From an uncultured Gammaproteobacteria bacterium (GTDB lineage: Bacteria; Pseudomonadota; Gammaproteobacteria; Steroidobacterales; Steroidobacteraceae), in NCBI GenBank assembly GCA_963784105.1, contig CAWAQE010000007.1, positions 54,821-118,820 on the forward strand: 64,000 nucleotides of DNA, given 5' to 3'. Shown piece by piece: positions 30,030 through 38,643 of this stretch. Below the pieces are notes generated by a model, which had not been told where the DNA came from, ran no database searches, and was given only the letters and a program-made list of their open reading frames with translations. Positions within the stretch are counted from its first letter, which is position 1, and each line of letters opens with the position of its first letter. The position numbers were made by a program, and so were the translations under genes.

Positions 30030-31313
30030 ATGCCCGCCGTTCTCGCCGATTTGAGCATCGAAGCCCGTTGGATCGTACCCATGACCTCGCGCCGGGTGCT
30101 GCAGAATCATGCATTGGTGGTGCGCGACGGGCGAATTCTCGATCTGTTGCCGAGCGCGCTGGCGGCCGAGCGCTATGCCGCCACGGCGGTCGTCCAAAGG
30201 CCGGCTCACCTGCTGATGCCCGGGCTGATCAACACGCATACGTATGCCGCAACCTCGCTGTTTCGGGGACAGGATGCACCCATCGAGCGCCTCGAAGGGC
30301 GCTTCGTCGGGCCCGAGTTCGTGCGCGACGGCGCCTTGGCCGCCATCGCCGAAATGCTTCGATCCGGCATCACCTGTTTCGGGGACCGGTACTACTATCC
30401 GGATCAGACCGCTCTGGCCGCCGGCGAACAGGGAATACGTGCGGTCATCGGCCTGCCGGTGGCCGATACCGCCGGTCCCTCGGCAAATTCCTGTCCCGAA
30501 TATTTGACCGAAGGATTGCGCGTCCGGGACGAATACGCCGGACATCCCTTGATTTCCACGGTTTTCGCTCCGCATTCCCCGGGCCGAGTGAGCGACGCGA
30601 CTTTTACGAAAGTAGCCACGCTCGCCGACGAGCTGGATTCGGGAATCATGGTCGACCTGCATCATTCGGCCGAGGAGATTGCCCGGTCCGTCGCCATGCA
30701 CGGAGCGCGGCCCATCGAAAGACTGTGGCGGCTGGGCCTGCTGACGCCGGCGTTGAACGCAGTGCACATGACCCATGCCACGGCGCCGGACATCGAGCTT
30801 GCGCAGCGCACCGGCATTGCCGTCAGCCTCTGCGTCTCCTCGGGCATCCAATCCGAGCGGCAGCTGCCGCCGGTCGATGCCTTCGCCGGATCGGGGATTC
30901 GCTTCGGGGTGGGCAGCGGCGGCGCCCGGCGCCGCCAGGACCTCTGGGGCGAGATGAAACTGCTCGCGCTCATGATGTCGGACCGGAGTCCCGAATCCGG
31001 CACGGGCGCCTGGGATGCTCTGGCCGCGGCCACCCGTGGAGGCGCCTCCGTTCTCGGACTGGACGGCGACGTCGGCACGCTCGAGTCCGGCAAATGGGCC
31101 GATTTATGCTGCGTGGATCTTGGCGGCCCGGCCACTCAACCCTCGTTCGATCCCGTGGCACAATTGGTGTGGAACGGCGGCCGCGACATCGTCAGCGACC
31201 TGTGGGTGGCGGGCCGGCAACTCCTTTCCGGCGGGGAGCTGACCCGCCTGGACTGGCCGCGGGTAGCCGCCCGCGCCGATGCCTGGGCCCTGCGATTGCA
31301 ATCCGGAGGATGA
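30030..31313 (+). CDS. TRZ/ATZ (MtaD-like) amidohydrolase-family protein with degenerate metal/catalytic motifs
   Basis: The ATG at 30030 gives MPAVLADLSIEARWIVPM...LLMPGLINTHTYAATSLFRG. It is colinear with 5-methylthioadenosine/SAH deaminase-type proteins and sits upstream of ubiG as in Pseudomonas. However the strand-1 HxH motif reads HTY, and the C-terminal GTDG-type motif reads GSGG. Confidence 0.75.
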   Translation: MPAVLADLSIEARWIVPMTSRRVLQNHALVVRDGRILDLLPSALAAERYAATAVVQRPAHLLMPGLINTHTYAATSLFRGQDAPIERLEGRFVGPEFVRDGALAAIAEMLRSGITCFGDRYYYPDQTALAAGEQGIRAVIGLPVADTAGPSANSCPEYLTEGLRVRDEYAGHPLISTVFAPHSPGRVSDATFTKVATLADELDSGIMVDLHHSAEEIARSVAMHGARPIERLWRLGLLTPALNAVHMTHATAPDIELAQRTGIAVSLCVSSGIQSERQLPPVDAFAGSGIRFGVGSGGARRRQDLWGEMKLLALMMSDRSPESGTGAWDALAAATRGGASVLGLDGDVGTLESGKWADLCCVDLGGPATQPSFDPVAQLVWNGGRDIVSDLWVAGRQLLSGGELTRLDWPRVAARADAWALRLQSGG

Positions 31314-32032
31314 CGCGCGTGCATGAATCCAATCGAAACGCCGATCCGGCGGAACTCGCGAAATTCACCGCACTGGCGCAGAGCTGGTGGGATCCGAAGG
31401 GACCGTCCAAGCCCCTTCATGAGCTGAATCCCCTGCGCCTGCAATACATCGAAGCTGCGGTGAATCTGCCGGCAAGCCGCGTGCTCGACGTCGGCTGCGG
31501 AGGCGGCATTCTCAGCGAAGCGATGGCGCGCGCCGGCGCGCAGGTGCTCGGCATCGACTTGTCGCGCGCGGTGCTCGACGTGGCGGAGCTGCATGCGCTG
31601 GATGCCGGAGCCGCCGTGGAGTATCGGGCGGCGGCGGCGGAGGAAATGGCGCAGGAACGGCCGGCCGCCTTCGATCTGGTGACCTGCATGGAAATGCTGG
31701 AGCACGTGCCCGATCCGGCGGCGATCGTCAGGGCGCTCGCTTCTCTCGCGAAGCCCGGAGGCCACGTCATCGTTTCCACCCTGAATCGCAAGCCATTGGC
31801 GTTTGCGGTTGCCATCGTGGCGGCCGAATATGTCGCGCGGGTTTTACCGCGGGGCACGCATGAATACATGAAATTCATTCGCCCGTCGGAGCTCGCGCGA
31901 TGGGGGCGCGAGGCGGGCCTGGAGCTGCACGATCTGACCGGCATCGCGTACAACCCGCTGACGCGTTCGTTTCGTCTCGCGACAAATACCGACGTCAACT
32001 ATCTCGCTCATTTCCGGCGGCCCGCAGCTTGA
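31310..32032 (+). CDS. ubiG: Bifunctional 3-demethylubiquinol 3-O-methyltransferase / 2-polyprenyl-6-hydroxyphenol methylase
   Basis: The ATG at 31310 overlaps the upstream stop (ATGA). MTRVHESNRNADPAELAKFTALAQSWWDPKGPSKPLHELNPLRLQYI...VLDVGCGGGILSEAMA..GA.V.GID. 240 aa. The track ORF from 30068 is a read-through artefact. Confidence 0.92.
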   Translation: MTRVHESNRNADPAELAKFTALAQSWWDPKGPSKPLHELNPLRLQYIEAAVNLPASRVLDVGCGGGILSEAMARAGAQVLGIDLSRAVLDVAELHALDAGAAVEYRAAAAEEMAQERPAAFDLVTCMEMLEHVPDPAAIVRALASLAKPGGHVIVSTLNRKPLAFAVAIVAAEYVARVLPRGTHEYMKFIRPSELARWGREAGLELHDLTGIAYNPLTRSFRLATNTDVNYLAHFRRPAA

Positions 32033-32103
32033 CGCGCTCTGCCCTACGCGCGGTCTTGTTCGATCTGGACGGCACATTGCCCGACACCGGCGGGCGCCCA
32101 TGA
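32029..32103 (+). pseudogene. 24-codon remnant of a HAD-family phosphatase N-terminus (gph/mupP position)
   Basis: The frame starting at the TTG overlapping the ubiG stop reads LTRSALRAVLFDLDGTLPDTGGRP-stop. AVLFDLDGTL.DT is HAD motif I. The frame ends at the TGA that overlaps the rmuC ATG. In Pseudomonas-type synteny a full HAD phosphatase follows ubiG. Confidence 0.5.
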
Positions 32104-33392
32104 GCGGCGGCGTCTGGCCGGCACTTGCGCTCGGCGTGGTGCTGGGGGCGCTCGCGGTGCTGGTGTGGCGCGCGCGGCGCGAACAGCGCATGAGAATCGA
32201 ACTGGAGCTGCTGCGGGCGCGGCTCAAAACCGAGGAGACGCTGAGCGCCGAACGCGAGCAGGCATTGTCGCGGGCGCGCGAGCAACTGCAGGCGGTGTTC
32301 GGCGAACTGGCGCGCGACAGCCTGCAAAGCAACAGCGAAGTGTTCCTGCAGCTGGCGCGTGAACGGCTCACCCGCCAGCAGGCGGACGCCTCACAGGCGC
32401 TCAAGGAACGCGAGACGGCGATCGAGTCGTTGGTGCGGCCCATCCGCGAGGCGCTGGCCAAGACCGAAGCGCAGATTCAAGCCATCGAGCGCGATCGCAT
32501 CGATTCGTTTTCGAGCATAAAGACCCAGATGGAAGCCCTGGCGGGCGGCCAGAACCTGCTGTCCCGCGAGACGCGAAACCTGGTCACCGCGCTGCGCCGT
32601 CCCGACGTGCGCGGGCAATGGGGCGAGATCACGCTGCGCCGTCTGGTCGAATTGTCGGGCATGACCCTGCACGTCGATTTCACCGAACAGCAGCATCGCA
32701 GCACCGACTCCGGCGCGATCCGGCCCGACATGGTGGTGCATATGCCGGAACGGCGCGACATCGTGGTCGACGTGAAAACGCCGCTCGACGCGTACCTCTC
32801 GGCCGTCGAGGCTCAGAATGACGAGGATCGCGGCTCCCAGCTGCGCCGCCACGCGCAAATCGTCGGCGCGCGAGTCCGAGAGCTATCCTCCAAGCAATAT
32901 TGGTCGCAGTTCGAGCACAGCCCCGACTTCGTGGTGCTGTTCCTGCCGGGCGATCAGTTCTTGACGGCGGCGCTGCAGGAAAATCCGACGCTGATCGACG
33001 ATTCGCTGCGTCAAAACGTGATGCTGGCAACGCCCACCAGCCTGGTGGCGCTGCTGAAAATCGTCGCCTACGGCTGGAAGCAATCGATACTTGCGGACAA
33101 CGCCGCGGAGATTCGCCGCCTCGGCGAGGACTTGTACAAGCGGCTGGCGGTGTTCGGCGAGCACCTCGGCAAGCTGGGTAAATCCCTCGGCAGCAGCGTC
33201 GATTCATTCAACAAGGCGGTCGGGTCGCTCGAACAGCAGGTACTGCCCGCAGCGCGCCGCTTCGAGGCGCTGGGCCTGCGCGTGAACCGCGACATCGAGC
33301 CGATCGATCCGGTGGAAAGTCTCGCGCGCGTCCCGCGCAATGGGGACGCCGAACAGGATCCGTCGGGCGGGGCCGGCCCTGAAAGCGCTTGA
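32100..33392 (+). CDS. rmuC: DNA recombination protein RmuC
   Basis: 430 aa. N-terminal TM helix plus long coiled coil, then the RmuC nuclease-like core RPDMVVHMPERRDIVVDVKTPLDAYL...FVVLFLPGDQFLTAALQENPTLIDDSLRQNVMLATPTSLVALLK. Confidence 0.9.
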   Translation: MSGGVWPALALGVVLGALAVLVWRARREQRMRIELELLRARLKTEETLSAEREQALSRAREQLQAVFGELARDSLQSNSEVFLQLARERLTRQQADASQALKERETAIESLVRPIREALAKTEAQIQAIERDRIDSFSSIKTQMEALAGGQNLLSRETRNLVTALRRPDVRGQWGEITLRRLVELSGMTLHVDFTEQQHRSTDSGAIRPDMVVHMPERRDIVVDVKTPLDAYLSAVEAQNDEDRGSQLRRHAQIVGARVRELSSKQYWSQFEHSPDFVVLFLPGDQFLTAALQENPTLIDDSLRQNVMLATPTSLVALLKIVAYGWKQSILADNAAEIRRLGEDLYKRLAVFGEHLGKLGKSLGSSVDSFNKAVGSLEQQVLPAARRFEALGLRVNRDIEPIDPVESLARVPRNGDAEQDPSGGAGPESA

Positions 33393-34200
33393 CGCGACCT
33401 ACCGGGCGCGCGCGCTGCCGCCCGGGTCGGTGCGCTATTGGAGCTGGCTGTTCGCGGCAGCGGAACTGCGTGCGCCGCTGCTCGGCATCTACGCTCTCGG
33501 CGCCGAGTGGCAGGCGCTGTTGGACCCCGCGACCGAAACCAGCGTCGCGTATTTGAAGCTCGCCTGGTGGCAGGAAGAAATGCAGCGGCTCGCGGCAGGC
33601 TGCTCAGTACACCCCATCAGCGGCTATCTGGCGGACCTGCCGCGCGCTGCCTCGGCCGACTTCACTCCGCTGCTGAATGCCGTAGCCGCCGCCTCTGCCC
33701 AGGTGAGCGGCGCGCCGCTGGAACGCGGCGACGATCTCGAGCCGCAGGCCCGAGGCTTGTGGGGCGATCCTCTCGCGCTGGCGTCGCAGCTCGGCGCCGA
33801 TGTCCCCGACGAGGCGGGCTTGCGCAGCTGCACGACGGCTCTGGCCGCCGCCCGCTACCTGTCGACGGCAATCCGCGGCTACCGGCGCGAGGCACGGGCC
33901 GGACGCGTGCCCTTTGCCGTCGACGAGCTTCTGGCGGCCGGAGTCGAGAATGACGATCTCATCGCCGATACGGCGCCCCCGCATCTGCGAAGCTATCTCG
34001 ATCGGCTGCGCGGCCGGACCGCCGGGTACTTCGAGAGCGCCGCGCAGAATCTGCCGCGCGCGCTGCGCGGCGGCCACCGGCACCTGCTGGTGCTTGCCGC
34101 GCTGGGGCGCGATCATTTGGATGGCGCGGCGGCGGCGGAGCGGCGCCGTTTTAAGGATATGCTCCTCGCCTGGACCACGGCGCGGCGCGCCCATAGATGA
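33340..34200 (+). CDS. Squalene/phytoene-synthase-like (all-helical isoprenoid synthase fold) family protein
   Basis: 286-aa ORF with ...YWSWLFAAAELRAPLLGIYALGAEWQALLDP...AYLKLAWWQEEMQRL.... This resembles SQS_PSY-family proteins that lack obvious Asp-rich motifs. Start uncertain: it overlaps the rmuC 3' end by 53 nt. The stop overlaps the next gene's ATG (ATGA). Confidence 0.5.
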   Translation: MGTPNRIRRAGPALKALDATYRARALPPGSVRYWSWLFAAAELRAPLLGIYALGAEWQALLDPATETSVAYLKLAWWQEEMQRLAAGCSVHPISGYLADLPRAASADFTPLLNAVAAASAQVSGAPLERGDDLEPQARGLWGDPLALASQLGADVPDEAGLRSCTTALAAARYLSTAIRGYRREARAGRVPFAVDELLAAGVENDDLIADTAPPHLRSYLDRLRGRTAGYFESAAQNLPRALRGGHRHLLVLAALGRDHLDGAAAAERRRFKDMLLAWTTARRAHR

Positions 34201-34961
34201 ATTCGGAGCTCGATATGATTCCCAAACAATTCACGCCGGACGAGGACTTGCTGGCCGGACGCGTCATCTTGATCACCGGCGCCGGCAGCGGCCTGGGCCG
34301 CGCGCTGGCGATCGGATGCGCGCGGGCGGGTGCCAGCGTGATCCTGTCCGGCCGCAACGGCGCCAAGCTCGACCGCGTCTATGACGAAATAGAAAAGCTG
34401 GGGAAGCCGCAACCCGCGATCGCGACACTGGACCTCGCCGCCGCGACGGCCGTTGAATACGACAATCTGGCGAAGACCATCGACGGCGAGTTCGGCAGGC
34501 TCGACGGTCTGGTGCATGCCGCCGCGCTTCTGGGGGACCGCACGCCGCTCGAGCAGTACGACGTGCCGACCTGGTGCAGGGTGCTGCACGTCAATTTGAC
34601 CGCGCCCTTCATCCTGACTCAGGTCTTGTTGCCCAATTTGCGCAAGTCCGCCGACGCCTCGGTGATTTTCGTCAGCAGCGGCGTCGTCAAGAATCCGCGC
34701 GCCTATTGGGGAGCCTATGCGGTCGCCAAGTCCGGACTGGAGTCGGTGCGCAGCCTCTTCTCGCAGGAGCTCGAGGGCGAAGCCAACATCCGCGTGAACA
34801 GCATCAATCCCGGCAAAATGCGCACGGCGATGCGGGCGGCCGCCTATCCCGCGGAGGATCCGAACACGCTGCCCGCGCCCGAGGCGGTGAGCGGGCCTTT
34901 TTTGTACTTGCTCAGTGCGCGCGGGCGCGGTATTGATGGACAATACATAGAGGCACAGTAG
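34197..34961 (+). CDS. SDR-family oxidoreductase (YciK-like)
   Basis: 254 aa. GRVILITGAGSGLGRALAIGCARAGASVILSGRN (TGxxxGxG), NAA, and catalytic S...YxxxK (YAVAKSGLE). Confidence 0.85.
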   Translation: MNSELDMIPKQFTPDEDLLAGRVILITGAGSGLGRALAIGCARAGASVILSGRNGAKLDRVYDEIEKLGKPQPAIATLDLAAATAVEYDNLAKTIDGEFGRLDGLVHAAALLGDRTPLEQYDVPTWCRVLHVNLTAPFILTQVLLPNLRKSADASVIFVSSGVVKNPRAYWGAYAVAKSGLESVRSLFSQELEGEANIRVNSINPGKMRTAMRAAAYPAEDPNTLPAPEAVSGPFLYLLSARGRGIDGQYIEAQ

Positions 34962-34978
34962 CATTCGAAGGGGGGCCG

Positions 34979-36091
34979 ATGCGTTCACCGCAAATACTTT
35001 CGCTTTGCGCGCTGTCGGTGGCGCTCTGCCTGCCGCTCGGCAGCTCCCAGGCCGCCGAATTTTCACCGCCCACCGGCGCAACCCCCATTGAAACCGACTA
35101 CATCATCACCGACTTCCATTTTGCGTCGGGTGAAACTCTGCCGGAATTGCGCCTGCACTACACCGTTCTCGGCAAGCCGCGCCGCGACTCGCACGGCAGG
35201 GTCGACAACGCCGTCCTGATCCTGCACGGCACCGGCGGCTCCGGCCGCAGCTTCCTCACCAAGCGCTTTGCCGGCGTTCTGTTCGGCAAAGGCCAGCTGC
35301 TGGACAGCAACAAATACTTCATCATTTTGCCGGACGGGATCGGCCACGGAAGATCCAGCAAGCCCAGCGACGCCCTGCACGCGCGCTTTCCGCACTACGC
35401 CTACGCGGACATGGTGGCCGCTCAGCACACCTTGGTCGCGCAGGGACTGCAGGTCGATCACCTGCGGCTGGTGATGGGCACCTCGATGGGATGCATGCAA
35501 ACCTTCATGTGGGGCGAAGCGTATCCGGACTTCATGGACGCCTTGATGCCCCTCGCCTGCCTGCCCGTGCAGATCGCCGGCCGCAACCGTCTTTGGCGCG
35601 ATCTGCTCATGCAGGCGATCAGCGACGACCCGCAGTGGCAGCAAGGCGAGTACCAAAGCGAGCCCCAGGGCGCATTGCGCACCGCCGCCGGCCTGCTGCT
35701 GATCGCCGGAAGCGCGCCGATTGAATTACAGACTGTGCTGCCGACCCGGGACGCCGCGGACGAGTTTCTCAAGGAATACATGCCGCGCGAAATGGAGAAT
35801 CTGGACGCCAATGACCTGCTCTACCAAGTGGCGGCATCCCGCGACTACGATCCCTCATCGAGTCTGGAGAAAATCAAAGCCCCCCTGACCCTGGTCAACT
35901 CGGCCGATGATTTCGTCAACCCGCCGGAACTCGGCATCGCGGAGCGGGAAATCAAGCGCGTGAGAAGCGGCCATTTCGTGCTTCTGCCGGCTTCCGACGA
36001 GACGCATGGGCACGGCACGCACAGCTGGGCCGCCCTGTGGCAGCAGTACCTGGCGCAATTACTGCAAGCGTCGCAGCCGTCGGTCAACTAG
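34979..36091 (+). CDS. Secreted alpha/beta-hydrolase (homoserine-acetyltransferase-like fold)
   Basis: 370 aa. Signal peptide MRSPQILSLCALSVALCLPLGSSQA. ...AVLILHGTGGSG..., nucleophile elbow GTSMGCMQ, C-terminal ...HGHGTH. Confidence 0.75.
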   Translation: MRSPQILSLCALSVALCLPLGSSQAAEFSPPTGATPIETDYIITDFHFASGETLPELRLHYTVLGKPRRDSHGRVDNAVLILHGTGGSGRSFLTKRFAGVLFGKGQLLDSNKYFIILPDGIGHGRSSKPSDALHARFPHYAYADMVAAQHTLVAQGLQVDHLRLVMGTSMGCMQTFMWGEAYPDFMDALMPLACLPVQIAGRNRLWRDLLMQAISDDPQWQQGEYQSEPQGALRTAAGLLLIAGSAPIELQTVLPTRDAADEFLKEYMPREMENLDANDLLYQVAASRDYDPSSSLEKIKAPLTLVNSADDFVNPPELGIAEREIKRVRSGHFVLLPASDETHGHGTHSWAALWQQYLAQLLQASQPSVN

Positions 36092-36140
36092 GCCTCGGCG
36101 ACGTGATGTCGACCGGGTGGCTTGGCGTTCGTCCGGGGGG

Positions 36141-36965
36141 CTAGGCCGCGGGCCTGGCCGCATCGATTTCGTTGACCAGCGCATTGCGCTCGCTTGCCAG
36201 CATCGCGCGTGAATGCCCGCGAGGCAGTTCGCGGGACAGGTGCACCGGTCCGAATCGCACGCGCATCAGCCGGCTGACGATGATGCCGCGCGCCGCCCAC
36301 CAATGCCGCACTTGCGCGGAGCGTGTGGCGCGTACGGTGACGTTGAGCCAATGATTGAAGCCCTCGCCGTACTGCGCGTCCGCCTTCAATATGCTCATCG
36401 CTTCGCCTTCGCAATCCGTGGCCGCGCGAAACTCCTCGACGAGTTCATTCCCGAGCGGCCCGCGCACTCGCAACACATAGTCGACGGTCAGCACATGCAC
36501 TCCGCGCGAGACCCGGTGCGCCCAGGATCCGTCATCGGTGAGAATTTCCAAGCCACCGTCGACGGGCGGCATGGGCTGGATGGCCAGCCAGCGCCCGGAG
36601 GAGCGGGGCAAGTTCAAGTGTTCCGCCGCGCGCGAGGTGGCTGCCTTCAGGTCGAGAGGCTCGCCCGGCGAGCGATGAAACAACAGCACCCGCAGCTCCT
36701 TGACCGCCGGCGCATGCAGCCGGACCGGCCGGCCGTCCAGAGTAATACGGTCCCGAGGGGTGAGCTTGGCTCCGAGGGCCGGCACTTCGCCGTTGATCTG
36801 CAGCCGTCCCTCGCGGATCCAGCGCTCCACTTCGCGGCGCGAGCCTATGCCAGCCGCGGCCAGCAGCTTTTGCACGCGCTCGGTGGGGGGCGGATCCTTG
36901 CGCTGCGCCGATTCCTCGGCCTGCTTTCGCGTTGGCGACCGTCTGCGGGGCGGTCTGGTCGGCAT
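36141..36965 (-). CDS. RluB-like protein (S4 domain + pseudouridine-synthase fold) lacking the GRLD catalytic motif
   Basis: The ATG at 36965 shares one base with the scpB stop (TGATG). S4 domain ERVQKLLAAAGIGSRREVERWIREGRLQINGE. The C-terminal half GEGFNHWLNVTVRATRSAQVRHWWAARGIIVSRLMRVRFGPVHLSRELPRG is clearly RsuA/RluB-like. Where the family has RW.AVGRLD....GLL..T.DG, this protein reads RWLAIQPMPPVDGGLEILTDDG. Confidence 0.75.
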   Translation of the reverse strand: MPTRPPRRRSPTRKQAEESAQRKDPPPTERVQKLLAAAGIGSRREVERWIREGRLQINGEVPALGAKLTPRDRITLDGRPVRLHAPAVKELRVLLFHRSPGEPLDLKAATSRAAEHLNLPRSSGRWLAIQPMPPVDGGLEILTDDGSWAHRVSRGVHVLTVDYVLRVRGPLGNELVEEFRAATDCEGEAMSILKADAQYGEGFNHWLNVTVRATRSAQVRHWWAARGIIVSRLMRVRFGPVHLSRELPRGHSRAMLASERNALVNEIDAARPAA

Positions 36966-37738
36966 CAATTCGGTTCGTCTCGAGTACCGCGGGCGACCAA
37001 GTCTCGAGGCTGCGGCGCCGCGCCGTCCAAATCCTGCTCGCTTGCCGAATCCTGGCCGCCGGACGCGTCCCGCACGCTTGCCGAGTCCTGTTCATCGTCA
37101 TCGTCGGAAGCATCCGGCAACCCGCTCGCCTCGGCGTCGGCATCAGTGTCAGCGTCGACCGCTGCGACCTGCGGACCGGCGCCCGGCAGGGTCAACTGCA
37201 CGCGCAGATCTTCGAGCTCCTTGAGCTGCGCCAGAGTCGGCAGGTCATCGAGCTTCTTCAACCCGAAATAGTCCAGAAACTCCCGGGTCGAGCCCAGCAG
37301 TTCCGGCCTGCCCGGGACGTCGCGGTGCCCGACCACGCGAATCCAGCTGCGCTCCAGCAGGGTCTTGATGATGTTCGGGTTGACGGCCACGCCGCGGATC
37401 TGCTCGATTTCGCCGCGCGTGATCGGCTGCCGGTAGGCTACCAATGCCAGGGTTTCGAGCAGAGCCCGAGAGTACTTGGCGGGCCGCTCCTGCCACAGCC
37501 GCGACACCGGCTCAGCCACCGCGGCTCGGATCTGGATCCGGTAGCCGCTCGCCACCTCCAGCAATTCCAGCCCGCGCGTCTCATAGTCCGCCCTCAGCGC
37601 CGACAGTGCGCCGCGAACCTCCTCGGCATTCGACCCGTCGCGTTCGTCGAACACGCTCACCAACTCATCCATGGTCAGCGGTCGGCCGGCGGCCAGCAGC
37701 GCCGCTTCAATCACATTCTTCACGTATTGATCGTTCAT
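36965..37738 (-). CDS. scpB: Segregation and condensation protein B
   Basis: 257 aa. MNDQYVKNVIEAALLAAGRPLTMDELV...EVASGYRIQ...ETLALVAYRQPITRGEIEQIRGV......L.ER.WI...G..D.PGRP.L.GST..FL.YFGL. Acidic C-terminal tail. The ATG overlaps the scpA stop (ATGA). Confidence 0.9.
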   Translation of the reverse strand: MNDQYVKNVIEAALLAAGRPLTMDELVSVFDERDGSNAEEVRGALSALRADYETRGLELLEVASGYRIQIRAAVAEPVSRLWQERPAKYSRALLETLALVAYRQPITRGEIEQIRGVAVNPNIIKTLLERSWIRVVGHRDVPGRPELLGSTREFLDYFGLKKLDDLPTLAQLKELEDLRVQLTLPGAGPQVAAVDADTDADAEASGLPDASDDDDEQDSASVRDASGGQDSASEQDLDGAAPQPRDLVARGTRDEPN

Positions 37739-38643
37739 TGGGTTTTCGCTTGGGCCTCATTGGCGCCGCCGTCGTCGGTCACCAGTTTCAAGTGCCGGGC
37801 AGGATTGCCGAGGCGTACGTGCAGCGGCGCATAAGCCTCCGCCTGCGCTATTTCGATCAACCCCTCGCGCAGCAGTTCCAGTACGGCGACGAAGGTCACC
37901 GTCACCCCGCGGCGTCCTTCGTCGGCGCGAAACAGCTGCACGAAGTCCACGAATGCGCTCGCGCTCAGCGACGACAGCACGTCCGTCATGCGCTGCCGCA
38001 CCGACAGCGGCTCGCGCTGCACATGGTGATGGGCGAACATGTCGCTGCGCGCAAGCACCTCCTGAAAAGCCAGCAGCATTTCCTGCAGGCTGACCTGCGG
38101 CGGAAGGCGCACGACTTTCCGATCCACCAGATCCGCCGACGCCACCCATGTATCGCGCTCCAGCCGCGGCATGCGATCGATGCCCTCGGCGGCGCGCTTG
38201 AAGCGTTCGTATTCCTGCAGACGGCGCACCAGCTCGGCGCGAGGATCCGTCTCCTCCGTGGCCTCGTCGTTGGCAATGCGCGGCAGCAGCATGCGCGATT
38301 TTACTTCGGCGAGAGTCGCCGCCATCAGCAGGTACTCGCCCGCCAATTCCAACTGCAGCACCTGCATCAATTCGATGTAGCGCATGTACTGGCGCGTGAT
38401 CTCGGCGATCGGGATGTCGAGAATGTCCAGATTCTGCCGCCGTATCAGGTACAGCAACATGTCGAGCGGCCCCTCGAAGGCCTCGAGAAACACCTCCAGG
38501 GCCTGCGGCGGGATGTACAAGTCTCGCGGCATCTCGGTAATGGGCTGGCCCTCCACGACCGCAAACGGCATCTCCGCCTGCGCAGGCTGCGCCGCCGCCG
38601 CAGGCGGCGCAACGTTCTGCACGAGCGTCAATTCAGGTTTCAT
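37735..38643 (-). CDS. scpA: Segregation and condensation protein A
   Basis: The ATG at 38643 overlaps the trpS stop (ATGA). ...FEGPLDMLLYLIRRQNLDILDIPIAEITRQYMRYIELM... is the kleisin ScpA signature. 302 aa. The track ORF to 38922 is over-extended. Confidence 0.88.
   Translation of the reverse strand: MKPELTLVQNVAPPAAAAQPAQAEMPFAVVEGQPITEMPRDLYIPPQALEVFLEAFEGPLDMLLYLIRRQNLDILDIPIAEITRQYMRYIELMQVLQLELAGEYLLMAATLAEVKSRMLLPRIANDEATEETDPRAELVRRLQEYERFKRAAEGIDRMPRLERDTWVASADLVDRKVVRLPPQVSLQEMLLAFQEVLARSDMFAHHHVQREPLSVRQRMTDVLSSLSASAFVDFVQLFRADEGRRGVTVTFVAVLELLREGLIEIAQAEAYAPLHVRLGNPARHLKLVTDDGGANEAQAKTQ

Noticed and set aside
30068-32032. 654-aa ORF spanning the MtaD-like gene region and ubiG, plus similar 5' over-extensions (3772-5355, 6963-8210, 7631-8845, 18712-19755, 23668-25599, 38640-40118, 37735-38922).
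   Set aside because: In every case a conserved family N-terminus begins at an internal ATG/GTG. That start sits just after, or overlaps, the upstream gene's stop. The extension overlaps the upstream gene and has shadow-ORF composition.
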